Shown here one piece after another: positions 45,701 through 55,409 of a stretch of DNA of 64,000 nt. Positions within the stretch are counted from its first letter, which is position 1, and each line of letters begins with the position of its first letter. Source of the stretch: Alphaproteobacteria bacterium UBA2903 (GTDB taxonomy: Bacteria > Pseudomonadota > Alphaproteobacteria > CAAGCB01 > CAG-977); NCBI GenBank assembly GCA_002349565.1, contig DEDN01000027.1, positions 39,669-103,668 of the forward strand, written 5' to 3'. Position numbers and translations under genes: made by a program. The notes beneath the pieces are model-generated. The model searched no databases, was not told the DNA's origin, and worked only from the letters and a program-made list of their open reading frames with translations.

Positions 45701-47413
45701 TCTGCATTGTTCTTCAAAACTTTTAACTTTATAATCATTAATAATTTTATTCATACATCTAGCCAAATCATCTACATCTTCTGACTTAAATAAATATCCG
45801 TTTTCTCCTTCCGTCAAAGCATATTGAGCACCAACATGATCAGACATAATGACTGGACGTCCCATCATAAATGCTTCTAACGCCACTCTTGATGTTGGTT
45901 CTTCACGAGAGGGAACTACTACACAAGAAATTTTTTCATAAAAATTTCTCATCTCTGTTTTGTCCTTTATTTCAGGAACAAAAATTACACGATCAGACAT
46001 ATTTTTAATTTTTTCATAAAACTTTCCATCAACAACATTACCTACAATATAGCATTCAATTTCTTCTTTTATTTTGTCTAATGCATTTATAAATACATCT
46101 TGTCCTTTTCTGTTTCCTATCGTCCCAATTACAGCGAATCTAATAACACCTTTATTTGCTTTAATTCCCCTATATGAATCTGGAATTCCATGATGAAAAA
46201 CGCTAATATCACTATTATAATATCTGTACTCATTTGAAGAATATTCAGACATCACATATATTGATTTTTGATTTTTCAAAATTCGTTTTAAATCTTGATT
46301 ATCATCAGCAAAATTACTACCTTCTCTGATCCACCATATTGTCGGCATTAGAGATGAAATTTGCTCAACTTCATAATACGGAATTATTGTATTAACAATC
46401 ACAACATCCGAACAAAGCATCCCTCTTAACAAACTCCACATATTCCGATCTATCAATTGAACCTTCATTCCCTTTTCTTCAAACTCTTTTGAAAGAGGTC
46501 CTTCTTTCAATGTCATAATTCGAACTTTGTACCCCATTTTCTGTAAACATTCCGCTGACTGTAATAACGAAATAGGAGCTCCGGTATAAGTCATTTCATG
46601 AGAAATACATAGTATTCTTTTAAAAGAATTATTTTTCTTTTTAAAAAATTTAATTATTTTCTTTTGCATAGAAGAAAATTTGTTATAATCAATCTTCCTT
46701 CCTTCTTTTTTTCCATGCCTAATATAATGCAACAATGGGCATACGCCAGCTTTCTTAACGTCCCCGTACATATTCAAATACGCCGCATTGTTAAATTTTT
46801 TGCTTGGGTTTCTATTGTTTTTCCATCCGTACATTAAATAATGCTCAATCGGATCAATATTACATTCTTTAATTTCAGCATTATTTTTTTTGTAAAATTT
46901 ACAATCGAACAGACTTGAATTTTTTAATTCTAAATACCCATCAATATGTTTGTTATTTTTATCTACATTATGTTTCACCATAACATTTAAAGTAGATTTC
47001 GGATATGTCACAATATTTCTTATTGCTGTTTTTACACTTAAAAATGGGGCAAGACGTTTTTCCTGCAAATGGATATCCGCATATCTATCCTCAAACTGTC
47101 CATGCAGAAGCCAATGCGCTAGCGGATTCATATTCGCTTTGGCGACATCGGGATACATCTGCAGATAGGCTTTGCCGTCAAAGTACGGGGTTGTCGGGCG
47201 GTCTTCTTTCCACCCGATTGTCAAGTAATGCTCCACGGGGTCGGCTTTGGCGGCGGCGACATCGGGATTGTGTTCCAAATACCATTTGGCGTCAAACAGC
47301 GGCGATTTTGCAATCGCGCGATATTCCGGCGCGTATTTTTTCATCCGTTTTTTATATGCTTTTTTGTTAATCAGATGAAAAAAGCGTAAAGTTTTCAAAA
47401 ATCCCCGTGTCAT
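42713..47413 (-). CDS. 1,566-aa multidomain polysaccharide-biosynthesis protein: 4 x N-terminal ~40-aa repeats, GT4, GT2, ~500-aa coiled coil, C-terminal SAM-MTase-like domain
   Basis: The repeats read F(D/N)xxxYLxxxPDVAxAxxNPLxHYLxxGxxE(G/D)RxP. The GT2 domain is VVVPVYNAVKDVKMCLKSL..VIVIDDAS. The C-terminal motif I is TILEMGMGQTS. The start is at MTRGFL, an ATGA overlap with the upstream RgpF-like gene. Confidence 0.75.
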   Translation of the reverse strand: MTRGFLKTLRFFHLINKKAYKKRMKKYAPEYRAIAKSPLFDAKWYLEHNPDVAAAKADPVEHYLTIGWKEDRPTTPYFDGKAYLQMYPDVAKANMNPLAHWLLHGQFEDRYADIHLQEKRLAPFLSVKTAIRNIVTYPKSTLNVMVKHNVDKNNKHIDGYLELKNSSLFDCKFYKKNNAEIKECNIDPIEHYLMYGWKNNRNPSKKFNNAAYLNMYGDVKKAGVCPLLHYIRHGKKEGRKIDYNKFSSMQKKIIKFFKKKNNSFKRILCISHEMTYTGAPISLLQSAECLQKMGYKVRIMTLKEGPLSKEFEEKGMKVQLIDRNMWSLLRGMLCSDVVIVNTIIPYYEVEQISSLMPTIWWIREGSNFADDNQDLKRILKNQKSIYVMSEYSSNEYRYYNSDISVFHHGIPDSYRGIKANKGVIRFAVIGTIGNRKGQDVFINALDKIKEEIECYIVGNVVDGKFYEKIKNMSDRVIFVPEIKDKTEMRNFYEKISCVVVPSREEPTSRVALEAFMMGRPVIMSDHVGAQYALTEGENGYLFKSEDVDDLARCMNKIINDYKVKSFEEQCRKHYIKFNSMECFSKNLNTMVTHEEKKWSNESDRESISVVVPVYNAVKDVKMCLKSLRQAKLKKSTEVIVIDDASSIKEGNFVKKYCKKYNFKYIRNEKNLGFLKTCNKALEIANNDVVVFLNSDTKIPALFDNRVAACFSCDRKIAAASPLCTNSGFFNIKETLFYDFKKTDALINKKISPKYPLFTPEGFCFCVRKNIAKTIGLFDEVFECGYCEEDDFDLRAIKNGYKTVLIDNLLVYHKRHASFGSTRRKIALEKNKKIFNKRWGTFLRDVRNDYDIDNTIKIIYNNIETIKRTKKLLSYILFPYNLLQREKLKRKLSRKMEKCVEDTLHTFRLDVKNVGKSENGISITGNTLSVAEPAWLSNAQGRGKVVTGSSLVQKMTVKAIKDGKLSIVFRGQDKRDKSNVRFPVYIDFTSIKINGNEQLKIPVTVWHDKPFKYEMPVKDGQVVQIAFEQSLHNYAPADLTDTLKKLFPSSNYVLGHMNSIVKTLVKKMPNQKKEAKKTNPLFSVTKQENKKIYRVLGLKITRENRFAALSAEITQNRVENGELFAKLHQALSKQIVDALSRQDIVKKELGNLNNEIKSLAEKQTGLQKALSEASNLIVSAIHETERNAVKEITDQVSRMSSMLSNELMYSTRQSEEAATALENQMTSYCQTLQNSLFANAKAIERISERLLSDFKLLTAATEAASEKVNLAVKECGLNAKDGLFRLTGELTRQTDEINANVSETLKEQTADLKSELAVLSKDVSVKQEENAQDLKQKIQKAQTEARQNYQELNFADLLHDTTLQTAWLKDKSFTCFRGAANYGFLYTLFRVLDNANPQTILEMGMGQTSKLTTQYAAFKHPDAKLDIVENDKNWIDLYSAQLAKGDNIRIHHQELEFFTVNGIACRKYADMTPIVQDTKYQLIVVDGPFGADQPQPRTNIIGLVDNNLADDFVIIFDDAERAGEQDTIRKTKQRLSEKGIRFVEDKRTGIKTQVLLLSESRSFINFL

Positions 47414-48285
47414 TTTATAACCCTTCTGTGATAAACGGGTATGCGGCAGATTTTGACCAGCCGATACCCGCGCGCCGTTGTTTTCGTGTTCCAAACAAAA
47501 TGTTTCAGCCGTTTCAGCGGTTGAGCCGTTTCAAATTTCCAATTATGACTGGAGCCTTTGATTTTATAGCCTTGGGCGACGACCATGCACCCGAACACCC
47601 GTTCCAGCACATGCGCCAAAGTGCCGTCTTTAACGGCAGAATCGGACAAAGCAAAATCCTGCAGAGAATAAGCGTTTTTAATCGGCTCCAGCAGCTTTGC
47701 CCTGACCGCGAACATCGTTCCCGCCGCGAAAGTGATTTTCGGCGGATATCGCCCCGTCAAATTTTTCATCGCCGACAAAACGCCGCGGCAAACGTTTTTT
47801 GACGCTCCAAAATCCGATGTAATCAAATAACGGGACGCGATCATCCCGCAATCCGCATCTTTGTCAAACAAATGCAAGTTGCGCAAAACGGTCCGCCTGT
47901 CCGAAATCAAAGACTGATACATCAGACCGGTCCACATTTCGCGGGACAGCCAATATTTGTTGATTTGACTGTCACAGCCGCTCTTATCGTTTTTGGTATG
48001 CAGTTTCAGCACAAAATCGTAATCGGACAAATCGATTTGATGCAGAAAATAGATAAACGGTCCGACGTCAAAGCCGCGGTTTTCCACGACGAAAATTTTC
48101 GCCTGCGGGAAAAATTCCAAAATCCGTTTGCTTAACAGCGCATCCGATTGCGTCAGCGTTACAAACAAATCCCAATCGCATACATCCAAATTTGACAGAC
48201 TGTCGGCTATTTTCGCCCACATATCCGTGTAATACAAATGCAGGTGAACCGCGACTTTTGCCCTGTTTTCCTTGTCAGCAACCAC
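47410..48285 (-). CDS. Rhamnan-synthesis protein F (RgpF)-like
   Basis: A 291-aa protein starting VAVHLHLYYTDMWAKIADSLSNL..DLFVTLT, typical of the Rhamnan_synth_F family. Confidence 0.65.
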   Translation of the reverse strand: MVADKENRAKVAVHLHLYYTDMWAKIADSLSNLDVCDWDLFVTLTQSDALLSKRILEFFPQAKIFVVENRGFDVGPFIYFLHQIDLSDYDFVLKLHTKNDKSGCDSQINKYWLSREMWTGLMYQSLISDRRTVLRNLHLFDKDADCGMIASRYLITSDFGASKNVCRGVLSAMKNLTGRYPPKITFAAGTMFAVRAKLLEPIKNAYSLQDFALSDSAVKDGTLAHVLERVFGCMVVAQGYKIKGSSHNWKFETAQPLKRLKHFVWNTKTTARGYRLVKICRIPVYHRRVIK

Positions 48286-48548
48286 TACGAATTACCATCT
48301 TTAACGTCCATCCAACGGGGAATTGATATCAGAAACGGACGTTTGTGATACGTTTCGCCGTCCGTTTCCCGCAAAAACAAAAAAAGTCGAAACTCCTTGT
48401 TTTAAAAGAATATTCATAATTTCGTGATTTATAGGACGCGGCACAATTTATAGCAAAAAATGTCTTGATTTAAACGTCCCTTTATTTGCATACGTTCGCA
48501 CCCCAATTCTGATAAACAACCCGAAAACAAACCAAGGAGATTCAGCCA

Positions 48549-49157
48549 ATGATTTATGGATACTGCAGATGTTCAACAGACAAGCAAACCGTCGACAATC
48601 AGGAATTTGAAATCAAAAGCTTTGCCGAACAAAACGGACTGACCGTCGAAATATGGGTTACCGAAACCGTTTCCAGCAGAAAACCGCTTGAACAGCGTCA
48701 ACTCAACAAAGTATTGAAAAAACTGAAAGAAGGCGACACTTTAATTGTAACCGAAATATCCCGCCTTGGGCGCAGTTTGATGGAAATCATGAGCATTTTG
48801 CAAAAGTGTCTGGACCGCAACTGCATGGTTTGCGCCATCAAGGAAAACTACCGCTTGGGCAACAATCTGGAAAGCAAAGTGCTGGCGTTCGCGTTCGGCA
48901 TTTCCGCCGAAATCGAAAGAAAACTGATTTCCGACAGAACAAAAATGTCGCTTAACAAATTGAAAAGCGACGGCGTAAAACTGGGGCGACCTTTGGGGGC
49001 GAAAAGCAGAAATCTCAAATTGTCGAAAAACAAGCTTAAAATCTTTGAATTGCTGGACAAAGGCGTTCCCAAAGCCCAAATCGCCCGAATGCTGGGCGTC
49101 GATAAAATGACCCTGCACCGTTTTATCAAACTGACGACATCCGACAATCAAAATTGA
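48549..49157 (+). CDS. Serine recombinase (resolvase/invertase family), apparently intact
   Basis: MIYGYCRCSTDKQ carries the catalytic Ser. A GRPLG hinge and a C-terminal HTH follow. Confidence 0.85.
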   Translation: MIYGYCRCSTDKQTVDNQEFEIKSFAEQNGLTVEIWVTETVSSRKPLEQRQLNKVLKKLKEGDTLIVTEISRLGRSLMEIMSILQKCLDRNCMVCAIKENYRLGNNLESKVLAFAFGISAEIERKLISDRTKMSLNKLKSDGVKLGRPLGAKSRNLKLSKNKLKIFELLDKGVPKAQIARMLGVDKMTLHRFIKLTTSDNQN

Positions 49158-49167
49158 GGGAGGGAGT

Positions 49168-49370
49168 ATTCACCGAACTCCATTACCCAACTAAAAAAGC
49201 CACCCTTTGGGGTGAAATCACATTATGGCGGGAGCGGGATTTATTCGGGGCTGTCGCCCCTCACCCCTGCGGGGCCGCCGTTCCGGCGTTGCCTGCGCTT
49301 CGCTTCGGCTGAACCTGAGAGGTTCATTCACCGAACTCATTACCCAACTAAAAAAGCCACCCTTTGGGGT
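49168..49370. repeat. 46-47-bp direct repeats flanking a ~110-bp head-element copy that contains a degenerate tRNA-fMet 3'-end copy
   Basis: attcaccgaactc(c)attacccaactaaaaaagccaccctttggggtg occurs at 49168-49214 and 49325-49370. The intervening ggcgggagcgggattt...cccctcacccctgcgggg resembles both the tRNA-fMet 3' end (gtgcgggagtgggattt) and the element at 600-678. Confidence 0.6.
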
Positions 49371-49380
49371 GGCTTTTTTA
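49349..49380. terminator. Bidirectional terminator between the recombinase gene and tRNA-fMet
   Basis: aaaaaa-gccaccc-tttg-gggtggc-tttttt. Confidence 0.65.
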
Positions 49381-49382
49381 GT

Positions 49383-49460
<78 letters not shown>

Positions 49461-49519
49461 ATAAAAACTTGCACCGTTTAACGGCACGGATTTCTGTATA
49501 AGGACTTCTTAACAAAAAG

Positions 49520-50371
49520 TCAAGGACTTTTTTTAAGGCGTTGCGCTTTTTTGTTCGCGCGGATGATTTCCGCATATTGCGACGCCAGTTTTTGCCCCTC
49601 CTCAATCTGCTGCGGCGTCATCGTGTTCAACAGCCGTTCCAAATCGGGCGACACTTCTACCAAATTTTGCACGTTCGGAAACAGTTCGGACAAACTCAGC
49701 ACCAGCCATGCATAAGCTTTCGGCGGTTCCGCCTTACCGTACGCATACAGCATCGCCAGCTTTCTGCCCGCGTCGGCATATCCCTGCTGCGCCGCCCTGG
49801 TCAGCCATTCGACCGCTTTTTCTTCGCTTTGAGGCACACCTTTGCCGTCCGCATACAGCATGCCCAAGCGGGTCTGCGCCTGCGTCAGCCCCGCATTTGC
49901 CGCCGTTTCGTACAGCTCGGCGGCGCGCTTGAAGTCGCGGCTTTCCCGTTCCGCCCGCAGCCCCAGCTTCAGCGCCGCGTCGGCATTTCCTTGCCGCGCC
50001 TGCAAAGCCAGCCATTCGGCGTTTTCGTCCGCACGCACGCCGTTGAAATAATCATGTCCCGACTTCAAATAAATCAGCTGCAGTTGAGTCATTGCTTCCT
50101 GCGATCCGCGTGCCGCCGCCATATCGTACCATTTTTTGGCAAGCTCCCTGTTTTTCGCAACGCCGCGACGCCCGAACTGATAAATTTTTCCCAATTGCAG
50201 CTGGGCTTGAACAACGCCGCCTTTTGCCGCCTGTTCCAGCAAAGGAATCGTTTCCGCCGCGTTCGTTCCCGCACGATCCAAAGCCGACGCTTGTTCAAAA
50301 GCTTCCGCGGGCGACAACGCAAAGCCGTCCGACGGCAGCAACAGCAATGCGGCGATCAAACATGCTTTCAT
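49520..50371 (-). CDS. Secreted Sel1-repeat (TPR-like) protein
   Basis: Signal peptide MKACLIAALLLLPSDGFA, then repeated ~36-aa Sel1 motifs (A...LG.MY..G.GV..). Confidence 0.8.
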   Translation of the reverse strand: MKACLIAALLLLPSDGFALSPAEAFEQASALDRAGTNAAETIPLLEQAAKGGVVQAQLQLGKIYQFGRRGVAKNRELAKKWYDMAAARGSQEAMTQLQLIYLKSGHDYFNGVRADENAEWLALQARQGNADAALKLGLRAERESRDFKRAAELYETAANAGLTQAQTRLGMLYADGKGVPQSEEKAVEWLTRAAQQGYADAGRKLAMLYAYGKAEPPKAYAWLVLSLSELFPNVQNLVEVSPDLERLLNTMTPQQIEEGQKLASQYAEIIRANKKAQRLKKSP

Positions 50372-52650
50372 TCGGATTTTTCCCGAACTTTCGCCACATA
50401 ATCATCGACGAACGGAATATCCTGCGTGATTTGATTCCAAATGTGCGACCCATGTTCCAAAACCCGTATCGTCGCGGGTTTCCACCAGTCGGGGACTTCG
50501 GAATCGGGCAAAGAATAAGGCTGAAAAGCCGCCATTCCGTCGGGAAGCCGCGTAAACTCGTCTATGACTGTTTGGTCGAAGTTGTCGTATTCGGCATCCG
50601 TTTTTGCGTTTTTCATATTGACGCCGCCCAAATACGACCCTGCAAAGTTCACATTCCGCAAATCGGCATTTTCCAGATCCGCCAGCCGCAAATCCGTCAT
50701 CCGCAAATCGATCTGATGCCCCAAGTCACGCCGCAGCAAAGGATTCGTCAGCGTCCGCAAAGCCAGATCCACATCGTCGGTCATCGGTTCAATGGGCTTG
50801 AACAGATTTTCCCGAGCCGACCAATGGCGGCGTTTCCGCACATATTCCGCCAAAATGTCAATTGCCGCGTTTTCCAGTTTTTTGTCATGCGCCGCCACAC
50901 AGCCCAGCGTGCAGATTGCCCACAATTTATCGTTCATATCCCCCGGCGGATAGGACAAAAGCGTCATCGCGCGCACCGTCATGTTATGAGGGCTTGATTT
51001 CCCCAGCATCACATCGTCGCATACGGCGCGCGAACAAAAGAACGGCGCGGAAGCAAGTTTTTCACGATACAGCTTTTCGTCATAAAAAGCGGCGTCGAAA
51101 TCGGGATAAACCAGCGGCGTTTTTGTTTTCTTGTCCACAACGATTTTTCTGATCTTGTCCAGCGGCACATCCGAAACGCCGCGAATGTCCGCATCGTCGA
51201 AAACGGCGCGGTACAATCGGGCTTTGTCAAAAACGGTTTTTCCCGTAAACAAGGCTTGGCTGAAATCGGCGTATTCCAAATTCGCGTTTTCGAACGAAAC
51301 ATCATCAAAAACGGCTTTCTGCAAAGCCGCATGCTCCAAATTCAAGTATTTGAACATGCACTTTTTGCATGACAGTTCGGGCATTACGGCGCGATCGGCA
51401 ATCGCGGCTTCCATCAAAACGTTGTCGAAAGCGGCTTGCCGCAAATCGGCAAAGCTCAAATCGACCCTGTAAGCCAATACGTCCTGCCACGCCGTATTGT
51501 CCATTTTGGCGTTTCGAAACGACGACAAAGACACATCGACATTGCGAAACTGCGTATTGCTCAAAACCGCGCCGTCAAAGTTTGTCATCGGCGCGACCGT
51601 CCTGTGCAAATGGGCAAAGCGCATTTCCGCGTTTTTGAAAAAAGCCCCCGTCAAATCAACGTTTTTGAATAAAACGTTTTCCAGCAAAGCCCCTTTGAAC
51701 ACCGTTTCCGAAAAATCGGCGTTCAGAAAATAAGCTTCTTTGAAAAACGATCCCGAAAAATTCACGCCTTTCATATCCAACGCGGCAAAATCCGCTTTTT
51801 CAAAGTTGACGTTCGACAAATCAATGGAGGAACAATCCATTTTATCGAAATCGGTTCCGATAATCTCCACCCCCATTTGAACGGGGCGGCTGACGGGAAC
51901 GTCGTTGTTGAACGGCGTGTAGTAAACGGGCGTCCACGGATGGCATTTCCGCAAATAATCGGCTACGGCGTGCTTCATCACGCAAACGGATTTGCCCTGC
52001 GCCAGCTTGTCGTTCGCCATCATCCAATACAAAGTCGGCAAAACGGTCTGTTTGTCGCCTTTGCAGCTTTTAAGCCTGTCCAGAATCCAATCCGTCCATT
52101 CTTCCTGTTTTTTGGGACGTCCCTCGTCAATTTCGGGGGGAGGATCTTTATAAACGTATCGGGTAACGATGATCGGGCGTTCTTTTGCTTCCGCCTTGAC
52201 GGCTTCCGCAGGTTTGACCAAGGGATAAATTCGCACCTGTACGCCGTTGACTTCTTCCCGCGGTTTGGAAAAAACTTTTGATTTCCGTGCGGTTTTAAGG
52301 GATTCGGGGGGCAGAATCATCACCTTTGCGGGGGATAAAACCGCATCGGCGGCTTGATTGTTCGTCCACTTTGCGGGCTTGTCGTACAAAGAAACGCCGA
52401 CGCTTGCGTCAATGCCGCGCGGATTGGGCTTCAGCGCGGCGTCCGACGGCAGCGAGTTCGTCACCGTGCTGGTCAAAGCCCCCGACCTCGTTGGCGCCGT
52501 TTTGGATTCGTGAATGGAATCCGTGTGCGCCAAATCGGACACGGGCAGAAAAAACACCACGACGTTTTTCGGCACGGCAGCGGCGATAACGGCGGAGGTC
52601 AGCAATACTCCGCCGACTGACAGCAAAAATCGTTTAGACTTTTTTGACAT
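50368..52650 (-). CDS. Large membrane-anchored pentapeptide-repeat protein (~760 aa)
   Basis: An N-terminal TM anchor (MSKKSKRFLLSVGGVLLTSAVIAAAV). There are two blocks of A(D/N)LxF pentapeptide repeats (e.g. NVNFEKADFAALDMKGVNFSGSFFKEAYFLNADFSETVFKGALLENVLFKNVDLTGAFFKNAEM). Confidence 0.75.
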   Translation of the reverse strand: MSKKSKRFLLSVGGVLLTSAVIAAAVPKNVVVFFLPVSDLAHTDSIHESKTAPTRSGALTSTVTNSLPSDAALKPNPRGIDASVGVSLYDKPAKWTNNQAADAVLSPAKVMILPPESLKTARKSKVFSKPREEVNGVQVRIYPLVKPAEAVKAEAKERPIIVTRYVYKDPPPEIDEGRPKKQEEWTDWILDRLKSCKGDKQTVLPTLYWMMANDKLAQGKSVCVMKHAVADYLRKCHPWTPVYYTPFNNDVPVSRPVQMGVEIIGTDFDKMDCSSIDLSNVNFEKADFAALDMKGVNFSGSFFKEAYFLNADFSETVFKGALLENVLFKNVDLTGAFFKNAEMRFAHLHRTVAPMTNFDGAVLSNTQFRNVDVSLSSFRNAKMDNTAWQDVLAYRVDLSFADLRQAAFDNVLMEAAIADRAVMPELSCKKCMFKYLNLEHAALQKAVFDDVSFENANLEYADFSQALFTGKTVFDKARLYRAVFDDADIRGVSDVPLDKIRKIVVDKKTKTPLVYPDFDAAFYDEKLYREKLASAPFFCSRAVCDDVMLGKSSPHNMTVRAMTLLSYPPGDMNDKLWAICTLGCVAAHDKKLENAAIDILAEYVRKRRHWSARENLFKPIEPMTDDVDLALRTLTNPLLRRDLGHQIDLRMTDLRLADLENADLRNVNFAGSYLGGVNMKNAKTDAEYDNFDQTVIDEFTRLPDGMAAFQPYSLPDSEVPDWWKPATIRVLEHGSHIWNQITQDIPFVDDYVAKVREKSE

Positions 52651-53086
52651 TGCGTTCAACCGTAGGCAATCCCGCGCGCAGCCATCCCGCCAAACCCTTG
52701 TCCAAAATGGCGACATCGGAAAACCCTTTTTGCTTCAAAGCGTCGTAAGCGTCATACACGGCTTTTTCGTCGCGCAGTCCGACAACGACGACGGGAGTTT
52801 GCTTAAAGCCCGCCAGTCGGTCCGCCGTTTCCGCCAATCTCAGCTTCAATTCGGCGCACGGCAGATTGATCGCGCGGTCGATATGACCGTACAGATTGTA
52901 AAATTCGGATTTTGTGCGAATGTCGATGACCAACATATCGTCTTTTTTGATTTTCTTTTCCAAGTCGGCAGGCGCGATAAAGGCGGCGTTTTTTCCGCGA
53001 ATCTTGCGCCGCAAAGCCGGAATCAAATGCACAACCGCATAATACGCAAACACGACGACCAGCAGACCGATGGCAAACTTATTCAT
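52634..53086 (-). CDS. Membrane-anchored rhodanese-domain protein
   Basis: A TM helix followed by a single rhodanese fold (LVIDIRTKSEF..GHIDRAINLP..VVVVG). No active-site Cys is evident. Confidence 0.7.
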   Translation of the reverse strand: MNKFAIGLLVVVFAYYAVVHLIPALRRKIRGKNAAFIAPADLEKKIKKDDMLVIDIRTKSEFYNLYGHIDRAINLPCAELKLRLAETADRLAGFKQTPVVVVGLRDEKAVYDAYDALKQKGFSDVAILDKGLAGWLRAGLPTVERNVKKV

Positions 53087-53184
53087 TACAAACGCCCCTT
53101 ACAAAAAAAGATTTGGTGGTATACACTTGTCTTTGTAGAATATAAGGATATTCTATTGCAAAGATTTTTTAAAGGAGCTTTTTT

Positions 53185-54534
53185 ATGGCACAGGACGCAA
53201 TCACCGTCGTCGGGGGCGGATTGGCGGGCAGCGAAGCCGCTTGGCAGATAGCGAAAGCGGGGATTCCCGTCGTTTTAAAGGAAATGCGCCCCGTCAAACA
53301 AACGCCCGCGCACCGCACGGACGGACTGGCGGAATTGGTGTGTTCGAACTCTTTGCGTTCCGACGACGCGGTACATAACGCCGTCGGGCTGCTGCACGAG
53401 GAAATGCGCCGCTGCGATTCGCTGATTATGCGTTCCGCCGATTTGAACAAAGTTCCCGCGGGCGGGGCTTTGGCGGTCGACCGCGCGGCTTTTTCGAAAA
53501 CGATTGAGGAAGCTCTGGAAAGCCACCCGCTCGTCACAATCGAACGCGCGGAAATGACCGAACTGCCCGCCGCCGATTCGGGCATGTACGTTATTGCGAC
53601 GGGTCCCTTGACGTCCGAAAGTCTGGCGACACAAATCCAAGCCGTCGCGGGCGGGGACATTCTGCACTTTTTCGACGCCATAGCGCCGATTGTCACAGCC
53701 GATTCGGTCGATATGACCAAAGCGTGGAAGCAGTCCCGCTACGACAAAGGCGACGGCGACGACTATATCAACTGCCCCATGGACGAAGAACAATACAACA
53801 CCTTTATCGACAATTTGCTGTCGGGGGAAAAGGTCGCGTTCAAAGATTGGGAGAAAAACACCCCCTACTTCGAGGGCTGTCTGCCGATTGAAGTCATGGC
53901 GGAACGCGGACGGGAAACGCTGGCGTTCGGTCCGATGAAGCCCGTCGGTCTGCTTGACCCGCACACGGGCAAGCGTCCGTACGCCGTCGTTCAGCTGCGC
54001 AAGGAAAACAAGCAGGGAACTTTGCTGAACCTTGTCGGTTTTCAAACAAAGCTGGTGTACGGCGAACAAAAGCGAATCTTCCAGATGATTCCCGGACTGG
54101 AAAACGCGGAATTTGTGCGCTTGGGCGGGATTCACCGCAACACGTTCATCCATTCGCCGACCGTTTTGGACAGAACTCTGCGCCTGAAAGCGCGCCCGAA
54201 CCTGCGCTTTGCGGGACAAGTCACGGGATGCGAGGGATACGTCGAAAGCGCATCCGTCGGGCTGATGGCGGGGCTGTTCGCCGCGTGGGAAATGCAGGGC
54301 AAGGAAATCGTCCTGCCGCCGCCCGAAACCGCGCTGGGCGCGATGCTGAACCATATCACCGTGTCGGCGGAAAGCGAACTGTTCCAGCCGATGAACATCA
54401 ACTTCGGTCTGATGCCGCCCCCGCCCGTCCCCGAGGGCAAACGCAAAATCAAAGGGCTTGACCGCAAACGCGCGCAAAGCGAACGGGCGGTTGCCGCTTT
54501 AACGCAATGGATTGAACAGGCAGGTTTGAAATGA
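53185..54534 (+). CDS. trmFO: Methylenetetrahydrofolate--tRNA-(uracil54-C5)-methyltransferase TrmFO
   Basis: FAD-binding [14 protein letters not shown] followed by [15 protein letters not shown]. 449 aa. Confidence 0.9.
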   Translation: MAQDAITVVGGGLAGSEAAWQIAKAGIPVVLKEMRPVKQTPAHRTDGLAELVCSNSLRSDDAVHNAVGLLHEEMRRCDSLIMRSADLNKVPAGGALAVDRAAFSKTIEEALESHPLVTIERAEMTELPAADSGMYVIATGPLTSESLATQIQAVAGGDILHFFDAIAPIVTADSVDMTKAWKQSRYDKGDGDDYINCPMDEEQYNTFIDNLLSGEKVAFKDWEKNTPYFEGCLPIEVMAERGRETLAFGPMKPVGLLDPHTGKRPYAVVQLRKENKQGTLLNLVGFQTKLVYGEQKRIFQMIPGLENAEFVRLGGIHRNTFIHSPTVLDRTLRLKARPNLRFAGQVTGCEGYVESASVGLMAGLFAAWEMQGKEIVLPPPETALGAMLNHITVSAESELFQPMNINFGLMPPPPVPEGKRKIKGLDRKRAQSERAVAALTQWIEQAGLK

Positions 54535-55409
54535 CGCACGACATCAAACGCACCAAAGACGCGAATGGCGAAAACTTCCCCGTCGGGTCCTGCTTGATTC
54601 CGGCAAAGCTGCGCCCGCACGTCATGGCGTTTTACGACTATGCCCGCACGGCGGACGACATTGCGGATTCCGACTTGCCGCGCATGGAAAAACTGAAGCG
54701 GCTTGACGCTTTGGAATCCGTTTTGCGCGGTCTGCGCGACGCGGACGAAGATACGAAATGCGCCGAAACCCTGCGCAAAAGCTTGGAAGAAACAGGCGTC
54801 ACCAATCAGCACGCCTTGGATTTGCTGAAAGCGTTCCGTCAGGACGCCATCGGATTCACCTATAAAACGTGGGAGGACGTCATGGCGTACTGCCGCAATT
54901 CGGCGGGCAGCGTCGGGCGCTATATGCTGGATTTGCACGGTGAAAACCCGTCGGCTTACTGGCCGTCGGACGCTTTGTGCGCCGCCCTGCAGCTGAACAA
55001 CCACTTGCAGGACTGCCAAGACGACTATCAGAACCGCCAGCGCGTCTATATCCCGCGCGACTGGTTCAGCGACGAAAAAATCAAATACGAAGCTTTAAGC
55101 GACAGCATTACCTGCGACGCCTTGCGCCGCGTGTTCGACCGTATGGCGGCGGCAATCGACAGCCTGCTGGTCGAAGGCTCTCCCCTGCCCCTCGTCATTC
55201 AGCATCGGGGGTTGAGGATGGAAGTCTGCGTCATTTACCGTTTGGCGCAAAGACTGCTGAAGAAACTGAAAAAACGCGACATTTTGAAACGCAAAGTCGC
55301 TTTGGAAAAAACGGATTGGATGCTGGCGGGAGCGCGCGGCGTCTGGGACGGACTGACACGAAAGAAAATCAAATGCATCAAGAAACAAGACCTCTTGCCG
55401 CCGAAGTAG
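54531..55409 (+). CDS. hpnC: Squalene/phytoene-synthase family protein, HpnC-like (hydroxysqualene synthase)
   Basis: ENFPVGS, the DxxxD motif ([11 protein letters not shown]) and the trans-IPPS head-to-head fold. An ATGA overlap with trmFO. Confidence 0.7.
   Translation: MTHDIKRTKDANGENFPVGSCLIPAKLRPHVMAFYDYARTADDIADSDLPRMEKLKRLDALESVLRGLRDADEDTKCAETLRKSLEETGVTNQHALDLLKAFRQDAIGFTYKTWEDVMAYCRNSAGSVGRYMLDLHGENPSAYWPSDALCAALQLNNHLQDCQDDYQNRQRVYIPRDWFSDEKIKYEALSDSITCDALRRVFDRMAAAIDSLLVEGSPLPLVIQHRGLRMEVCVIYRLAQRLLKKLKKRDILKRKVALEKTDWMLAGARGVWDGLTRKKIKCIKKQDLLPPK

Noticed and set aside
48549-49157. Tn3-family transposon, with the resolvase as its resolution function
   Set aside because: No transposase gene and no 38-bp Tn3-type terminal inverted repeats are present nearby. 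I treat it as an island-associated recombinase instead.
53275-54477. 400-aa minus-strand ORF, plus 55235-56146 (303 aa) and 62812-63849 (345 aa)
   Set aside because: They are antisense to trmFO, hpnD and the slt gene respectively. The sense-strand products are well supported.
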